Below are positions 9,074 to 18,352 of a DNA stretch of 64,000 nucleotides, piece by piece (positions within the stretch are counted from its first letter, which is position 1; every line of letters begins with the position of its first letter). The stretch is taken from positions 2,881-66,880 of the forward strand of contig JAEWCF010000014.1 of NCBI GenBank assembly GCA_023390775.1, read 5' to 3'. The notes below the pieces were generated by a model. It ran no database searches. It saw only the letters and a list, made by a program, of their open reading frames with translations, and was not told the DNA's origin. The DNA comes from Bacteroidota bacterium (GTDB taxonomy: Bacteria; Bacteroidota; Bacteroidia; Flavobacteriales; Flavobacteriaceae). Made by a program: the position numbers and the translations under genes.

Positions 9074-10390
9074 TTATAAATCAAACCCCATCTTCACGCC
9101 CAGTTTGGTCGCGATGATCTTGGTGATGCGCGCCTTGAGTTCGGGGATGCGGATGGACTCGATGGCCTCATTCGAGAACGCATACATGAGCAGCGCCTTG
9201 GCCTCTTTTTGCGGAATGCCCCGCGATTGCATGTAGAACATGGCGCGGTCGTCAAGCTGGCCGATGGTGCAGCCGTGCGAACACTTCACGTCGTCGGCAA
9301 AGATTTCGAGCTGTGGTTTGGCGTTGATCGTAGCCTTGTCGCCCAGCAGGATGTTGTTGTTTTGCTGGAAGGCATCGGTTTTTTGGGCCTCTTTTTCCAC
9401 GAAAATCTTACCGTTGAACACGCCGGTCGAGCGTTCGGTATAAATGCCTTTGTAATTCTGGTGGCTTTCGCAATTGGGCTGCGCGTGGTGCACGAGGGTA
9501 TGGTGGTCAACGTGCTGCTGGCCGCCAATGATCGTGATGCCTTTGAGGGTCGACTCGATGCGCTCGCCCTTATGGAAGAAGTTCAGGTTGTTGCGGGTGA
9601 GGTTTCCGCCAAAGGAAAAGGTGTGTACCGAAGCGTGGCTGTTGCTCTCCTGCGAGATGTAGGTATTGTCGATAAGCGAGGCGCTCAGGTTGTCGTTTTG
9701 CACCTTGTAATAATCCACAATGGCGCGGCTTCCGGCGAATACCTCCGTCACCGAATTGGTCAGCACCGCATTGTCGTTCAGGCTCTGGTGGCGTTCGATG
9801 ATCTGGACATGCGCGTTCTCGCCCACGATGACCAGATTGCGCGGCTGGACCATAAGGGCGGCCTCGCTTCCGGTGGAAAAGTACATGATCTCAACGGGTT
9901 TGTCGGCGACCTTGTTGCGCGGAATGTTGATGTAAGCGCCCTCGATCGCGAAAGCCGTATTGAGCGAGGTCATGGCCTCATCGATGCTCGCGGCCTTGTT
10001 GAAATAGGCCTCGATAATTTCCTTGTACTTGGGCTTGGTGAGTGCCGATGACATCAGGCAGACATCGATTCCGTCATGCGTCGTGGAAGAAAGGAAGGAA
10101 CTGAAAACGCCATCCACGAAAACCACCTTGTACGTATCGATCTCGTGTAGGAAAAAGCGCTTGACATCGGCAAAATCGACCGACGGCTCCGACTTTGGAA
10201 ACACGGTGAAATCGCTTTTGAGCACCTGGTTGAGCGAGGTGTATTTCCATGCCTCGTCGCGCCTGGTGGGGAAGCCTTTGTTTTCAAAATTCTGTATGGC
10301 CGCCGTGCGCAAGTCGTGCACCCTGTCGTGAACGTCCACGCGTTCTTCGAAGGCCATGAAGGAGGCGATGAGTTTTTCTTTTAGTTCCAT
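9074..10390 (-). CDS. sufD: Fe-S cluster assembly protein SufD
   Basis: 438 aa, SufB/D family, located between sufC and sufS. Confidence 0.9.
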   Translation of the reverse strand: MELKEKLIASFMAFEERVDVHDRVHDLRTAAIQNFENKGFPTRRDEAWKYTSLNQVLKSDFTVFPKSEPSVDFADVKRFFLHEIDTYKVVFVDGVFSSFLSSTTHDGIDVCLMSSALTKPKYKEIIEAYFNKAASIDEAMTSLNTAFAIEGAYINIPRNKVADKPVEIMYFSTGSEAALMVQPRNLVIVGENAHVQIIERHQSLNDNAVLTNSVTEVFAGSRAIVDYYKVQNDNLSASLIDNTYISQESNSHASVHTFSFGGNLTRNNLNFFHKGERIESTLKGITIIGGQQHVDHHTLVHHAQPNCESHQNYKGIYTERSTGVFNGKIFVEKEAQKTDAFQQNNNILLGDKATINAKPQLEIFADDVKCSHGCTIGQLDDRAMFYMQSRGIPQKEAKALLMYAFSNEAIESIRIPELKARITKIIATKLGVKMGFDL

Positions 10391-10393
10391 TTT

Positions 10394-10422
10394 TGTCGAA
10401 TGTCGAATGTCGAACGTCGAAA
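10394..10422. repeat. tandem heptamer array (TGTCGAA)x4
   Basis: Reads tgtcgaa tgtcgaa tgtcgaa cgtcgaa directly. It lies 4 nt from the sufD start codon. Confidence 0.9.
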
Positions 10423-10433
10423 GACTTTCCTCT

Positions 10434-10799
10434 TCAACTCTTTTGTAAATATTTTATCAGTCCGCCAAGCAATTGGGAAATTTTTGAAACGTCATCAACC
10501 AATTCCCGATGCTGTACTTCTTCTATGTAATTTAGGTCTGAAGCGAGATAAAGTTGCGATCGCAACTCGGACGCCGATGCCTTGGCAATAAAGAGGAAAT
10601 GGGCAAATTCCCTGTCTGAATTCCTTTCAAAACCTTCGGCAATATTTGAACTTATCGAAATTGAGGACCGCCTCATCTGTCGCGCAAGGTCAAAATCGCT
10701 TCTGAAACATACACTCCCCGTTGTCAGGTAAATCTTCTTGTTCAATTCCCGGGCTTTTTGCCAAGAAACAATTTCTTCAAATGATTTGAATTTCTGCAT
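10434..10799 (-). CDS. four-helix-bundle protein (23S rRNA intervening-sequence protein family, TIGR02436-like)
   Basis: 121 aa. The motifs SWQKARELNKKIY, SISSNIAEGFER and SASELRSQL are typical of the family. GC is visibly lower than in the flanking suf genes. Confidence 0.8.
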   Translation of the reverse strand: MQKFKSFEEIVSWQKARELNKKIYLTTGSVCFRSDFDLARQMRRSSISISSNIAEGFERNSDREFAHFLFIAKASASELRSQLYLASDLNYIEEVQHRELVDDVSKISQLLGGLIKYLQKS

Positions 10800-10899
10800 G
10801 GCGTATAAATGTTTGATGGCGAGTATATTAGCCGATTGTTACCGTCGTTCGACTTGCGACGTTTGACGCTGGTTAGGTGCCTAGTCGAATTTTACTTCA

Positions 10900-10927
10900 T
10901 TCGACATTCGTCATTGGACATTCGTCA
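10900..10927. repeat. tandem heptamer array (TTCGACA-type)x4, inverse complement of 10394..10422
   Basis: Reads ttcgaca ttcgtca ttggaca ttcgtca. Confidence 0.85.
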
Positions 10928-10952
10928 GCAAATTAATCTCCGATTAATTTGC
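10928..10952 (-). promoter_or_regulatory. perfect 11-bp-stem hairpin GCAAATTAATC-tcc-GATTAATTTGC overlapping the sufC stop codon
   Basis: The inverted repeat was read directly. There is no following U-tract, so it is not a classic terminator. Confidence 0.6.
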
Positions 10953-11690
10953 ATTCTTGATCCAATCATACCCCTTCTCCTCCAACTCATACGCCAGTTC
11001 CTTGCCGCCCGATTTGACAATGCGGCCGTTGTAAAGTACGTGGACAAAATCAGGGACGATGTAGTCCAAAAGGCGCTGGTAGTGCGTGATGACCACGACC
11101 GCGTTCTTGTCGCTCTTGAGTTTGTTGACGCCGTTTGCCACGATCCGAAGCGCGTCGATATCAAGGCCCGAATCGGTTTCGTCCAGGATCGCGAGCCTGG
11201 GTTCCAGCATCGCCATCTGAAAGATCTCGTTACGTTTCTTTTCGCCGCCCGAAAAGCCTTCGTTGAGTGAGCGAGACATGAATTTGCGATCGATCTCAAG
11301 CAGTTCCGATTTTTCGCGGATCAGCTTGAGCATCTCGTTGGCCGGCATCTCCTCCAGTCCTTTGGCCTTACGGTGTTCGTTAATCGCCGTCTTCATGAAG
11401 TTGGTCACCGATACGCCCGGGATCTCGACCGGATACTGGAACGAAAGGAACACACCCTTGTGCGCTCTTTCTTCCGGCGCCAGGTCCGACAGGTCTTCGC
11501 CGTCGAGGTAAATTTCACCGTCGGTCACTTCGTAATTCTCGTTGCCGGCAATCACCGCCGAGAGCGTGCTTTTCCCGGAACCGTTCGGCCCCATGATGGC
11601 ATGAACTTCGCCCGCCTTGACTTCCAGGTCGATTCCTTTTAAGATATCCTTGCCTTCGACTCCGGCGTGGAGGTTTTTGATTGATAACAT
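10944..11690 (-). CDS. sufC: Fe-S cluster assembly ATPase SufC
   Basis: Walker A GPNGSGKST, ABC signature FSGGEKKR, Walker B LAILDETDSGLD. Confidence 0.95.
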   Translation of the reverse strand: MLSIKNLHAGVEGKDILKGIDLEVKAGEVHAIMGPNGSGKSTLSAVIAGNENYEVTDGEIYLDGEDLSDLAPEERAHKGVFLSFQYPVEIPGVSVTNFMKTAINEHRKAKGLEEMPANEMLKLIREKSELLEIDRKFMSRSLNEGFSGGEKKRNEIFQMAMLEPRLAILDETDSGLDIDALRIVANGVNKLKSDKNAVVVITHYQRLLDYIVPDFVHVLYNGRIVKSGGKELAYELEEKGYDWIKNAN

Positions 11691-11695
11691 AGTTT

Positions 11696-11724
11696 AATGT
11701 GTAAATGTGCAAATGTGTAAATGA
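11696..11724. repeat. tandem octamer array (AATGTGYA)x3.6 immediately upstream of the sufC ATG
   Basis: Reads aatgtgta aatgtgca aatgtgta aatga directly. Confidence 0.8.
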
Positions 11725-11788
11725 TCAATTACGGCTGCACAATATTTTTAGTTTAATTGGTATATTTTCACATTGAATAATTGGTACA

Positions 11789-13237
11789 TTATCCAACCGA
11801 CCCCTCCAACGAAATCTCCAACAGCTTCTGCGCCTCGACGGCGAATTCCATCGGGAGTTTGTTGAGGACTTCTTTTGAGAAACCGTTGACGATGAGCGCA
11901 ATGGCCTTTTCGGTCGGGATTCCGCGCTGGTTGCAATAGAAAACCTGGTCCTCGCCGATTTTGCTTGTCGTGGCCTCGTGTTCGATCTTGGCTGACGGAT
12001 TTTTGCTCTCGATGTACGGGAAGGTATGCGCGCCGCAATTGTTGCCCATCAGCAAGGAGTCGCACTGCGAGAAGTTACGGGCGTTGTCGGCGCGTGGAGA
12101 AACCTGGACGAGCCCGCGGTAGCTGTTTTGCGATTTTCCGGCCGAGATTCCCTTTGAAATGATGGTCGACTTGGTGTTTTTGCCCAAGTGGATCATCTTG
12201 GTCCCCGTATCGGCCTGCTGGAAATTATTGGTCACTGCGATCGAGTAGAATTCCCCAACCGAATTATCGCCCTTCAGGATGACCGACGGATATTTCCAGG
12301 TGATCGCCGAACCGGTCTCCACCTGCGTCCACGAAATCTTCGCGTTCTTTTCGCAGAAGCCGCGCTTGGTCACGAAGTTGTAAACCCCGCCCTTGCCTTC
12401 CTTGTTCCCGGGATACCAGTTCTGGACGGTCGAATACTTGATCTCGGCATCGTCGAGCGCGATGAGCTCCACGACCGCGGCATGCAACTGGTTTTCGTCA
12501 CGGCTCGGCGCTGTGCAGCCCTCGAGATAGGAAACGTAGCTTCCTTCATCGGCGACCACGAGCGTCCTCTCGAACTGCCCGGTTCCGGCCTGGTTGATGC
12601 GGAAATAGGTCGAAAGTTCCATCGGGCAGCGAACGCCCTTGGGAATGTAGCAGAACGATCCGTCGGAGAATACCGCCGAATTCAGCGCTGCATAAAAATT
12701 GTCTTTTTGGGGAACGACCGTGCCCAGGTATTTTTTGATGAGTTCGGGATGTTCCTGGATGGCTTCGGAAATCGCGCAGAAGATGATGCCCTTTTCGGCC
12801 AACGTTTTCTTGAAGGTTGTCGCCACAGAAACCGAGTCTACGACAATGTCCATCGCGACCCCGGCAAGTTTCTTTTGCTCGTCGATCGAGATACCAAGTT
12901 TCTTGAAAGTCTCCAAGAGTTCGGGGTCGACCTCGTCCAGGCTGGCGTACTTGTCCTTTTTCTTCGGAGCCGAATAATACGAAATCGCCTGGAAATCCGG
13001 CTTCTCGTACTGGATGTTGGCCCATTCCGGCTCTATCATTTCCTTCCACGCCCTAAAGGCCTCGAGCCGCCACTCGGTCATCCATTCCGGCTCGCCTTTC
13101 TTGTGCGAGATCGCCCTGACGATGTCCTCGTTAAGCCCGACGGGAAAGGTCTCGGATTCAATATCGGTATAAAACCCATATTCGTACTCCTTGTTCTCGA
13201 GTTCGATCTTGAGTTCTTCTTCGGTGTATTTTGACAT
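11789..13237 (-). CDS. sufB: Fe-S cluster assembly protein SufB
   Basis: 482 aa, a highly conserved SufB sequence ([21 protein letters not shown]...). Confidence 0.95.
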   Translation of the reverse strand: MSKYTEEELKIELENKEYEYGFYTDIESETFPVGLNEDIVRAISHKKGEPEWMTEWRLEAFRAWKEMIEPEWANIQYEKPDFQAISYYSAPKKKDKYASLDEVDPELLETFKKLGISIDEQKKLAGVAMDIVVDSVSVATTFKKTLAEKGIIFCAISEAIQEHPELIKKYLGTVVPQKDNFYAALNSAVFSDGSFCYIPKGVRCPMELSTYFRINQAGTGQFERTLVVADEGSYVSYLEGCTAPSRDENQLHAAVVELIALDDAEIKYSTVQNWYPGNKEGKGGVYNFVTKRGFCEKNAKISWTQVETGSAITWKYPSVILKGDNSVGEFYSIAVTNNFQQADTGTKMIHLGKNTKSTIISKGISAGKSQNSYRGLVQVSPRADNARNFSQCDSLLMGNNCGAHTFPYIESKNPSAKIEHEATTSKIGEDQVFYCNQRGIPTEKAIALIVNGFSKEVLNKLPMEFAVEAQKLLEISLEGSVG

Positions 13238-13243
13238 ATATTT

Positions 13244-13337
13244 TGTCTAATGTCCAATGTCGAATGTCGAACGAACCTAATCATCTACATTTCTGGACCA
13301 ATTTATTACTGTCGAATATCCAATGTCGAGTGTCAAA
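13244..13337. repeat. two degenerate (TGTCGAA)n heptamer arrays (13244-13271 and 13310-13337)
   Basis: Reads tgtctaa tgtccaa tgtcgaa tgtcgaa, and tgtcgaa tatccaa tgtcgag tgtcaaa. Confidence 0.8.
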
Positions 13338-13422
13338 CGATACCTTTTAAGTGACAATTACGGACAGTTGATATTTTCAATTCCATCGGATGACGATGCA
13401 TCCGGTATTCAATATTATTTAT

Positions 13423-13464
13423 TTCGACGCCAGTCATTCGACATTCGTCATTCGTCATTCGTCA
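13423..13464. repeat. (TTCGWCA)x6 heptamer array, inverse complement of the arrays at 13244-13337, overlapping the iscA stop codon
   Basis: Reads ttcgacg ccagtca ttcgaca ttcgtca ttcgtca ttcgtca. Confidence 0.8.
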
Positions 13465-13791
13465 CAAACTAAACGATTCCCCGCACCCGCAAGTCCTGTT
13501 CGCATTGGGATTGTTGAAGACGAAGCCCTTGCCGTTAAGCCCGCCGGAAAATTCCAATGTGGTGCCTGCCAGGTACAGGAAGCTCTTCTTTTCCACGGCA
13601 ATCTTGATATCGTTGTCGGCGAAGATCTTGTCCTGATCGCCGGTTTGCTTGTCGAATTTCAATTCATAGGAAAGGCCCGAACAACCACCACTTTTCACGC
13701 CTACACGAACATAGTCCTGCACGGGATCAAAGCCCTCCTCAGTCATGAGGCTCACGATCTTTTTGCGTGCCGATTCTGAAACCTTGATCAT
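13462..13791 (-). CDS. iron-sulfur cluster insertion protein, HesB/IscA/SufA family
   Basis: 109 aa with GGCSG and the C-terminal CGCGESF motif. Confidence 0.9.
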   Translation of the reverse strand: MIKVSESARKKIVSLMTEEGFDPVQDYVRVGVKSGGCSGLSYELKFDKQTGDQDKIFADNDIKIAVEKKSFLYLAGTTLEFSGGLNGKGFVFNNPNANRTCGCGESFSL

Positions 13792-13819
13792 TTTATATAG
13801 AATTTGTCTAAATTATCGG

Positions 13820-13827
13820 CAAAGATA
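13820..13827 (-). promoter_or_regulatory. candidate -7 box TATCTTTG for the suf operon
   Basis: TAnnTTTG match on the minus strand, 29 nt upstream of the iscA-family ATG at 13791. Confidence 0.35.
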
Positions 13828-13942
13828 AGTCATAAATCGATGTTTCACGAAGCGGGTAACATTTTTATAACGAATGCAATTATAACGCGGGGCTATGGCA
13901 AGCAAGGCCGAATTGCTTAATTTGCGTGACAATTTTTGACCG

Positions 13943-14803
13943 ATGAAACTATACCCGATAGAAGCCGGAAATTTCAAGCTTGACGGCGGAGCCATGTTTG
14001 GCGTTGTACCGAAAACGATCTGGAACAAGACCAATCCCGCCGATGCCAACAACCTGATCGACATTGCCGCCCGCTGCCTTTTGATCGAAGACGGCAACCG
14101 GTTGATCCTGATCGACACGGGAATGGGCGACAAGCAATCGGAGAAGTTTTTTGGCTACTATTCGCTATGGGGCGATCACGCACTTGACAAATCACTCGCC
14201 GAAGCCGGATTTTCCCGCGATGATGTGACCGATGTCTTCATGACGCACCTTCACTTCGATCACTGCGGCGGAAGCGTGAGCTGGAACAAGGATCGCACGG
14301 GCTATGAGCCGGCGTTCAAAAACGCGAAATTCTGGACCAACGAGGACCATTGGAATTGGGCCGTTAAACCGAATGCGCGCGAAAAGGCTTCGTTCTTGCC
14401 CGAGAATATCCTTCCGATGCAGGAAAGCGGCCAGCTGAATTTTATCCAAAGGCCATCGGGGGATACGCTGGCGAATTCGGAACTGGGCTTTGACATCTTC
14501 TTTGCCGATGGGCATACCGACAAGATGATGATCCCAAAGATCAAATTCGGCGACAAGACCATCTGCTTCATGGCCGACCTTTTGCCGACGGCGGGGCACC
14601 TTCCACTGCCCTACGTAATGGGTTACGACACACGCCCGCTTTTGACGTTGCCGGAAAAGGCAAAGTTTTTGGAAGAGGCGGCCGCCAATAATTATTACCT
14701 GTTCCTTGAACACGATGCGCATAACCCCGTAATCACCGTCGAGATGACCGAAAAAGGCGTGAGGCTCAAGGAGGTTTTTGCGTGTGGGGATGTCTTAAGG
14801 TAA
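13943..14803 (+). CDS. MBL-fold metallo-hydrolase
   Basis: Contains the HLHFDHCGG (HxHxDH) motif. Confidence 0.85.
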   Translation: MKLYPIEAGNFKLDGGAMFGVVPKTIWNKTNPADANNLIDIAARCLLIEDGNRLILIDTGMGDKQSEKFFGYYSLWGDHALDKSLAEAGFSRDDVTDVFMTHLHFDHCGGSVSWNKDRTGYEPAFKNAKFWTNEDHWNWAVKPNAREKASFLPENILPMQESGQLNFIQRPSGDTLANSELGFDIFFADGHTDKMMIPKIKFGDKTICFMADLLPTAGHLPLPYVMGYDTRPLLTLPEKAKFLEEAAANNYYLFLEHDAHNPVITVEMTEKGVRLKEVFACGDVLR

Positions 14804-14879
14804 CGTTAATCAAAAAATCGGCTGTAACAAAAACCAATACTTTAGACCAATTTTTCAAAATTTTAAACTCCTGTAAAAG

Positions 14880-16490
14880 ATGAATATGTTCAAAAAAGTG
14901 ATGCTCGGCGCGGTACTGATGTTCGCGTTTTCGGCATCGGCACAAAAGGCTCCTGCCAATTCAATCGAAAAACTGACATCCAAGAAGGGGCAGTTGACCG
15001 AAAAACAACTTCAGCGCTGGAGCCATCTCGACCTGGCTTCCGACACCATTCCCGGAATGAGCGTGGACCGCGCGCACGAATTGCTCAAAAATAAGAAAGG
15101 GACCAAGGTCATTGTCGGGGTCATTGACTCGGGAGTTGACATCGAGCACGAAGATCTTAAGGATGTCATCTGGAAAAACACAAAGGAAATTGCAGGAAAC
15201 GGCATCGATGATGACAAGAACGGTTATGTGGACGATATCCACGGCTGGAATTTCCTGGGCGATGCGACCAAGGAAAACCTTGAGATGACGCGGATGCTGA
15301 AAAAGCCGGACGACGGTTCGGCCGAATACAAGCGCGCCAAGGAGGCCTACGAGAAACAATACCAAAAGGCAATGGGCGGGAAGCAGCAGGTAGATTTCAT
15401 CATGCAGGCGCACAATGCGATCGTCGACCATCTGAAAAAACCGAATTACACGGCTGAGGACCTGAAGAAAATCGAGACTACCGACCAAAACCTGCTCCGT
15501 TCCAAAATGGTGATGACGCAGATCGCCGGCCAGGTAGGAGAGGGGTTCATCGAAGAGATTACCGGTTTCAAGGACCACATCTATGACATGCTCAACTACA
15601 ACCTGAACAAGGATTTTGACGGGCGTAAGGCAATCGGCGACAATCCAAACGATATCAACGACCGCAAATACGGAAACAACAATGTCATCGGTCCCGACAA
15701 GGAGGAGGCGATGCACGGAACCCACGTCGCGGGCATCATCGCGCAGGGCCGCAACAACGGAATCGGGGGTGACGGGGTCGCGAACAACGTGGAAATCATG
15801 GCATTGCGCGCGGTTCCTAACGGCGATGAATATGACAAGGACATCGCGCTAGCGATCCGGTACGCGGTTGACAACGGCGCCAAGGTCATCAACGGCAGCT
15901 TCGGCAAGAGTTTTTCGCCGCAAAAGCAGTGGGTCTTTGACGCGATCAAGTACGCCGAATCCAAAGACGTGCTGATCGTTCACGCGGCCGGTAACGATGG
16001 TCTTGACATCGACAAGGACGAAAACCGCAATTACCCGAACGATTCAGAGGACAACAAGACCGAGATTGCGGGCAACTTCCTGTCTATCGGCGCGTTGGGC
16101 AAAACATACGATCAAAACATGGTCGCCGAATTCTCAAACTACGGAACCTTCAACGTCGACGTTTTTGCTCCCGGAATGGAAATTTACGCGACAGTACCCA
16201 ATAACAAATACAAATTCGAGCAGGGAACTTCGATGGCTTCTCCAAATGCGGCCGGTGTTGCGGCGCTCGTTCGTTCCTACTATCCAAACCTGACCGCTCG
16301 CCAGGTGAAGCAGATCCTGATCGAGTCCGGGACACCCATCGCCAACGAGGTGGTCCTTGGAGAATCTCAGGAGAAACGCTCATTTGCGAAAGCCTCAAAA
16401 GGCGGACGGATCGTCAACGCCTACAACGCGATGGTGATGGCCGAGAAAATGTCCAAAACCAAACTTCCTGCTAACAAAATCAAGGGATAA
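14880..16490 (+). CDS. S8 family (subtilisin-like) serine peptidase, secreted
   Basis: Signal peptide plus the catalytic contexts VIDSGVD, HGTHVAG and GTSMASP. Confidence 0.9.
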   Translation: MNMFKKVMLGAVLMFAFSASAQKAPANSIEKLTSKKGQLTEKQLQRWSHLDLASDTIPGMSVDRAHELLKNKKGTKVIVGVIDSGVDIEHEDLKDVIWKNTKEIAGNGIDDDKNGYVDDIHGWNFLGDATKENLEMTRMLKKPDDGSAEYKRAKEAYEKQYQKAMGGKQQVDFIMQAHNAIVDHLKKPNYTAEDLKKIETTDQNLLRSKMVMTQIAGQVGEGFIEEITGFKDHIYDMLNYNLNKDFDGRKAIGDNPNDINDRKYGNNNVIGPDKEEAMHGTHVAGIIAQGRNNGIGGDGVANNVEIMALRAVPNGDEYDKDIALAIRYAVDNGAKVINGSFGKSFSPQKQWVFDAIKYAESKDVLIVHAAGNDGLDIDKDENRNYPNDSEDNKTEIAGNFLSIGALGKTYDQNMVAEFSNYGTFNVDVFAPGMEIYATVPNNKYKFEQGTSMASPNAAGVAALVRSYYPNLTARQVKQILIESGTPIANEVVLGESQEKRSFAKASKGGRIVNAYNAMVMAEKMSKTKLPANKIKG

Positions 16491-18352
16491 TGTATAAAAT
16501 CGCGGCGCTGGCGCTGACTTTAATTTCGCTGAATTCGGCAGCCCAAAACGGATATTGGCAACAACATGTGGATTACAAAATGGACGTGTCCATGGACGTG
16601 TCCAACTACCGATACAAGGGAACGCAACAGCTTGTCTATACCAACAATTCGCCGGATACGCTCAAACGGGTCTTTTACCACCTGTACCCCAACGCCTTCC
16701 AGCCCGGAAGCGAGATGGACATGCGGGTGAGGACCATTGCCGATCCCGATGGCCGGATGGCCAAAAAGGTGAAGGTGCTGGGCAAGGAAGTACGCGAAAG
16801 CCGGATCAAAAACCTTAAACCCGACGAGATCGGGTTTTTGCGTGTGTCAAATTTCAAACAGGACGGCGTTGCCGCGGTAGCGAAGGAAGTCGAAACTATT
16901 TTGGAAGTGACACTCGCCAAACCGCTTTTGCCCGGAGCCAAGACAACCTTGACGCTCGATTTCGACGGCCAGGTTCCCGTGCAGATTCGCCGAAGCGGAC
17001 GCAACAATTCGGAAGGCGTGGAGCTTTCCATGGCGCAGTGGTATCCCAAGATGGCCGAATACGATTTCGAGGGCTGGCATGCCGATCCCTATATTGCCCG
17101 CGAATTCCATGGTGTTTGGGGTAACTTTGACGTGAAGATCACCATCGACAAAAATTATGTGCTTGGCGGATCGGGGTATTTGCAGAATCCGGATCAGATA
17201 GGCCACGGATACCAAAAGAACGGAGCGGTCGTCAAGCCCGGAAAAGGGAAAACACTCACCTGGCATTTCATCGCGCCAAACGTCCACGATTTCACCTGGG
17301 CGGCCGACAAGGAATATCTACACGATACCGTTCAGGTTCCCGATGGCCCGACCCTGCACTTCCTTTATCAGAACAACCCGAAAATCATTGACAACTGGAA
17401 GAAATTGCAGCCAAAGGCCGTCGAGGTCATGCAGGCCTTCAACCGCATTGTCGGCAAATATCCGTATGACCAATACTCGGTGATACAGGGCGGCGACGGC
17501 GGAATGGAATACGCCATGTGCACGCTGATCCTTGGCGAAGGTACTTTTGAAGGTTTGCTGGGTGTTACAACCCATGAAATGGGGCATTCGTGGTTCCAGC
17601 ACGTGGTCGCGACCAATGAGTCGAAGCACGGATGGATGGACGAGGGCTTTACGACTTTCATTGAGGACATGGTGCTCAACGAGCTTTCGGCGGAAAAGAA
17701 AGCGAACCCATTTACCGGCTCCTACAACGGCTACTATTTCATGGCGAACTCGGGCAAGGAGCAACCGCAATCCACTCACGCCGACCGCTTTGACGAAAAC
17801 CGCATGTACAGCATCACATCGTACAGCAAAGGAAGTGTTTTCCTGACACAGCTCGGCTATTTGATAGGCTGGGACAATTTGATGAAGACGATACGCCGGT
17901 TTTATTCCGAGTACAAGTTCAGGCACGCAACGCCAAATGATTTTAAGCGGGTTGCCGAGAAGGTTTCGGGCGCATTGCTCGACTGGTACCTCATCGATTG
18001 GACCCAAACCACCAACACGATCGATTATGCCATTGCGGAGGTTAAGGATTCCGATAAAGGCGCAACGGTATCATTGGAGAGGATTGGCCGCATGCCAATG
18101 CCCATCGATTTGCTCGTGGAATATGCCGATGGTTCAAAGGAGAGTTTTTACATTCCGCTGCGGATGATGTCGTTCCAAAAGGAAAATCCCTATCCCGAAA
18201 TCAAGCGCACCGTCCTTGCGGACTGGGCCTGGGGAAATCCGAAGTATGATTTGGTCCTGCCAAGGGCGAAAAGCCAGGTGAAGTCCATCCGCATCGACCC
18301 GAGTGGGCTCATGGCCGACATCAAGCAGGAAAACAACCGGTACGGCCAATAA
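16490..18352 (+). CDS. M1 family metallopeptidase, secreted
   Basis: Signal peptide, HEMGHSWF (HExxH) and a downstream WMDEGFTTF glutamate. The start overlaps the S8 stop by 1 nt. Confidence 0.85.
   Translation: MYKIAALALTLISLNSAAQNGYWQQHVDYKMDVSMDVSNYRYKGTQQLVYTNNSPDTLKRVFYHLYPNAFQPGSEMDMRVRTIADPDGRMAKKVKVLGKEVRESRIKNLKPDEIGFLRVSNFKQDGVAAVAKEVETILEVTLAKPLLPGAKTTLTLDFDGQVPVQIRRSGRNNSEGVELSMAQWYPKMAEYDFEGWHADPYIAREFHGVWGNFDVKITIDKNYVLGGSGYLQNPDQIGHGYQKNGAVVKPGKGKTLTWHFIAPNVHDFTWAADKEYLHDTVQVPDGPTLHFLYQNNPKIIDNWKKLQPKAVEVMQAFNRIVGKYPYDQYSVIQGGDGGMEYAMCTLILGEGTFEGLLGVTTHEMGHSWFQHVVATNESKHGWMDEGFTTFIEDMVLNELSAEKKANPFTGSYNGYYFMANSGKEQPQSTHADRFDENRMYSITSYSKGSVFLTQLGYLIGWDNLMKTIRRFYSEYKFRHATPNDFKRVAEKVSGALLDWYLIDWTQTTNTIDYAIAEVKDSDKGATVSLERIGRMPMPIDLLVEYADGSKESFYIPLRMMSFQKENPYPEIKRTVLADWAWGNPKYDLVLPRAKSQVKSIRIDPSGLMADIKQENNRYGQ

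Noticed and set aside
9209-10051. 280-aa ORF on the plus strand
   Set aside because: Antisense to sufD; shadow ORF. The same reasoning applies to 42590..43441 (vs glnS), 46706..47521 (vs rnr), 19567..20460 (vs the S41 peptidase), 36550..37365 and 35914..36528 (vs the DUF4175-like gene), 14961..15725 (vs the S8 peptidase) and 17318..18007 (vs the M1 peptidase).
12188-13234. 348-aa ORF on the plus strand
   Set aside because: It is entirely antisense to the highly conserved sufB. It is Arg/Leu/Gly-rich with no recognisable motifs, typical of a GC3-driven shadow ORF.
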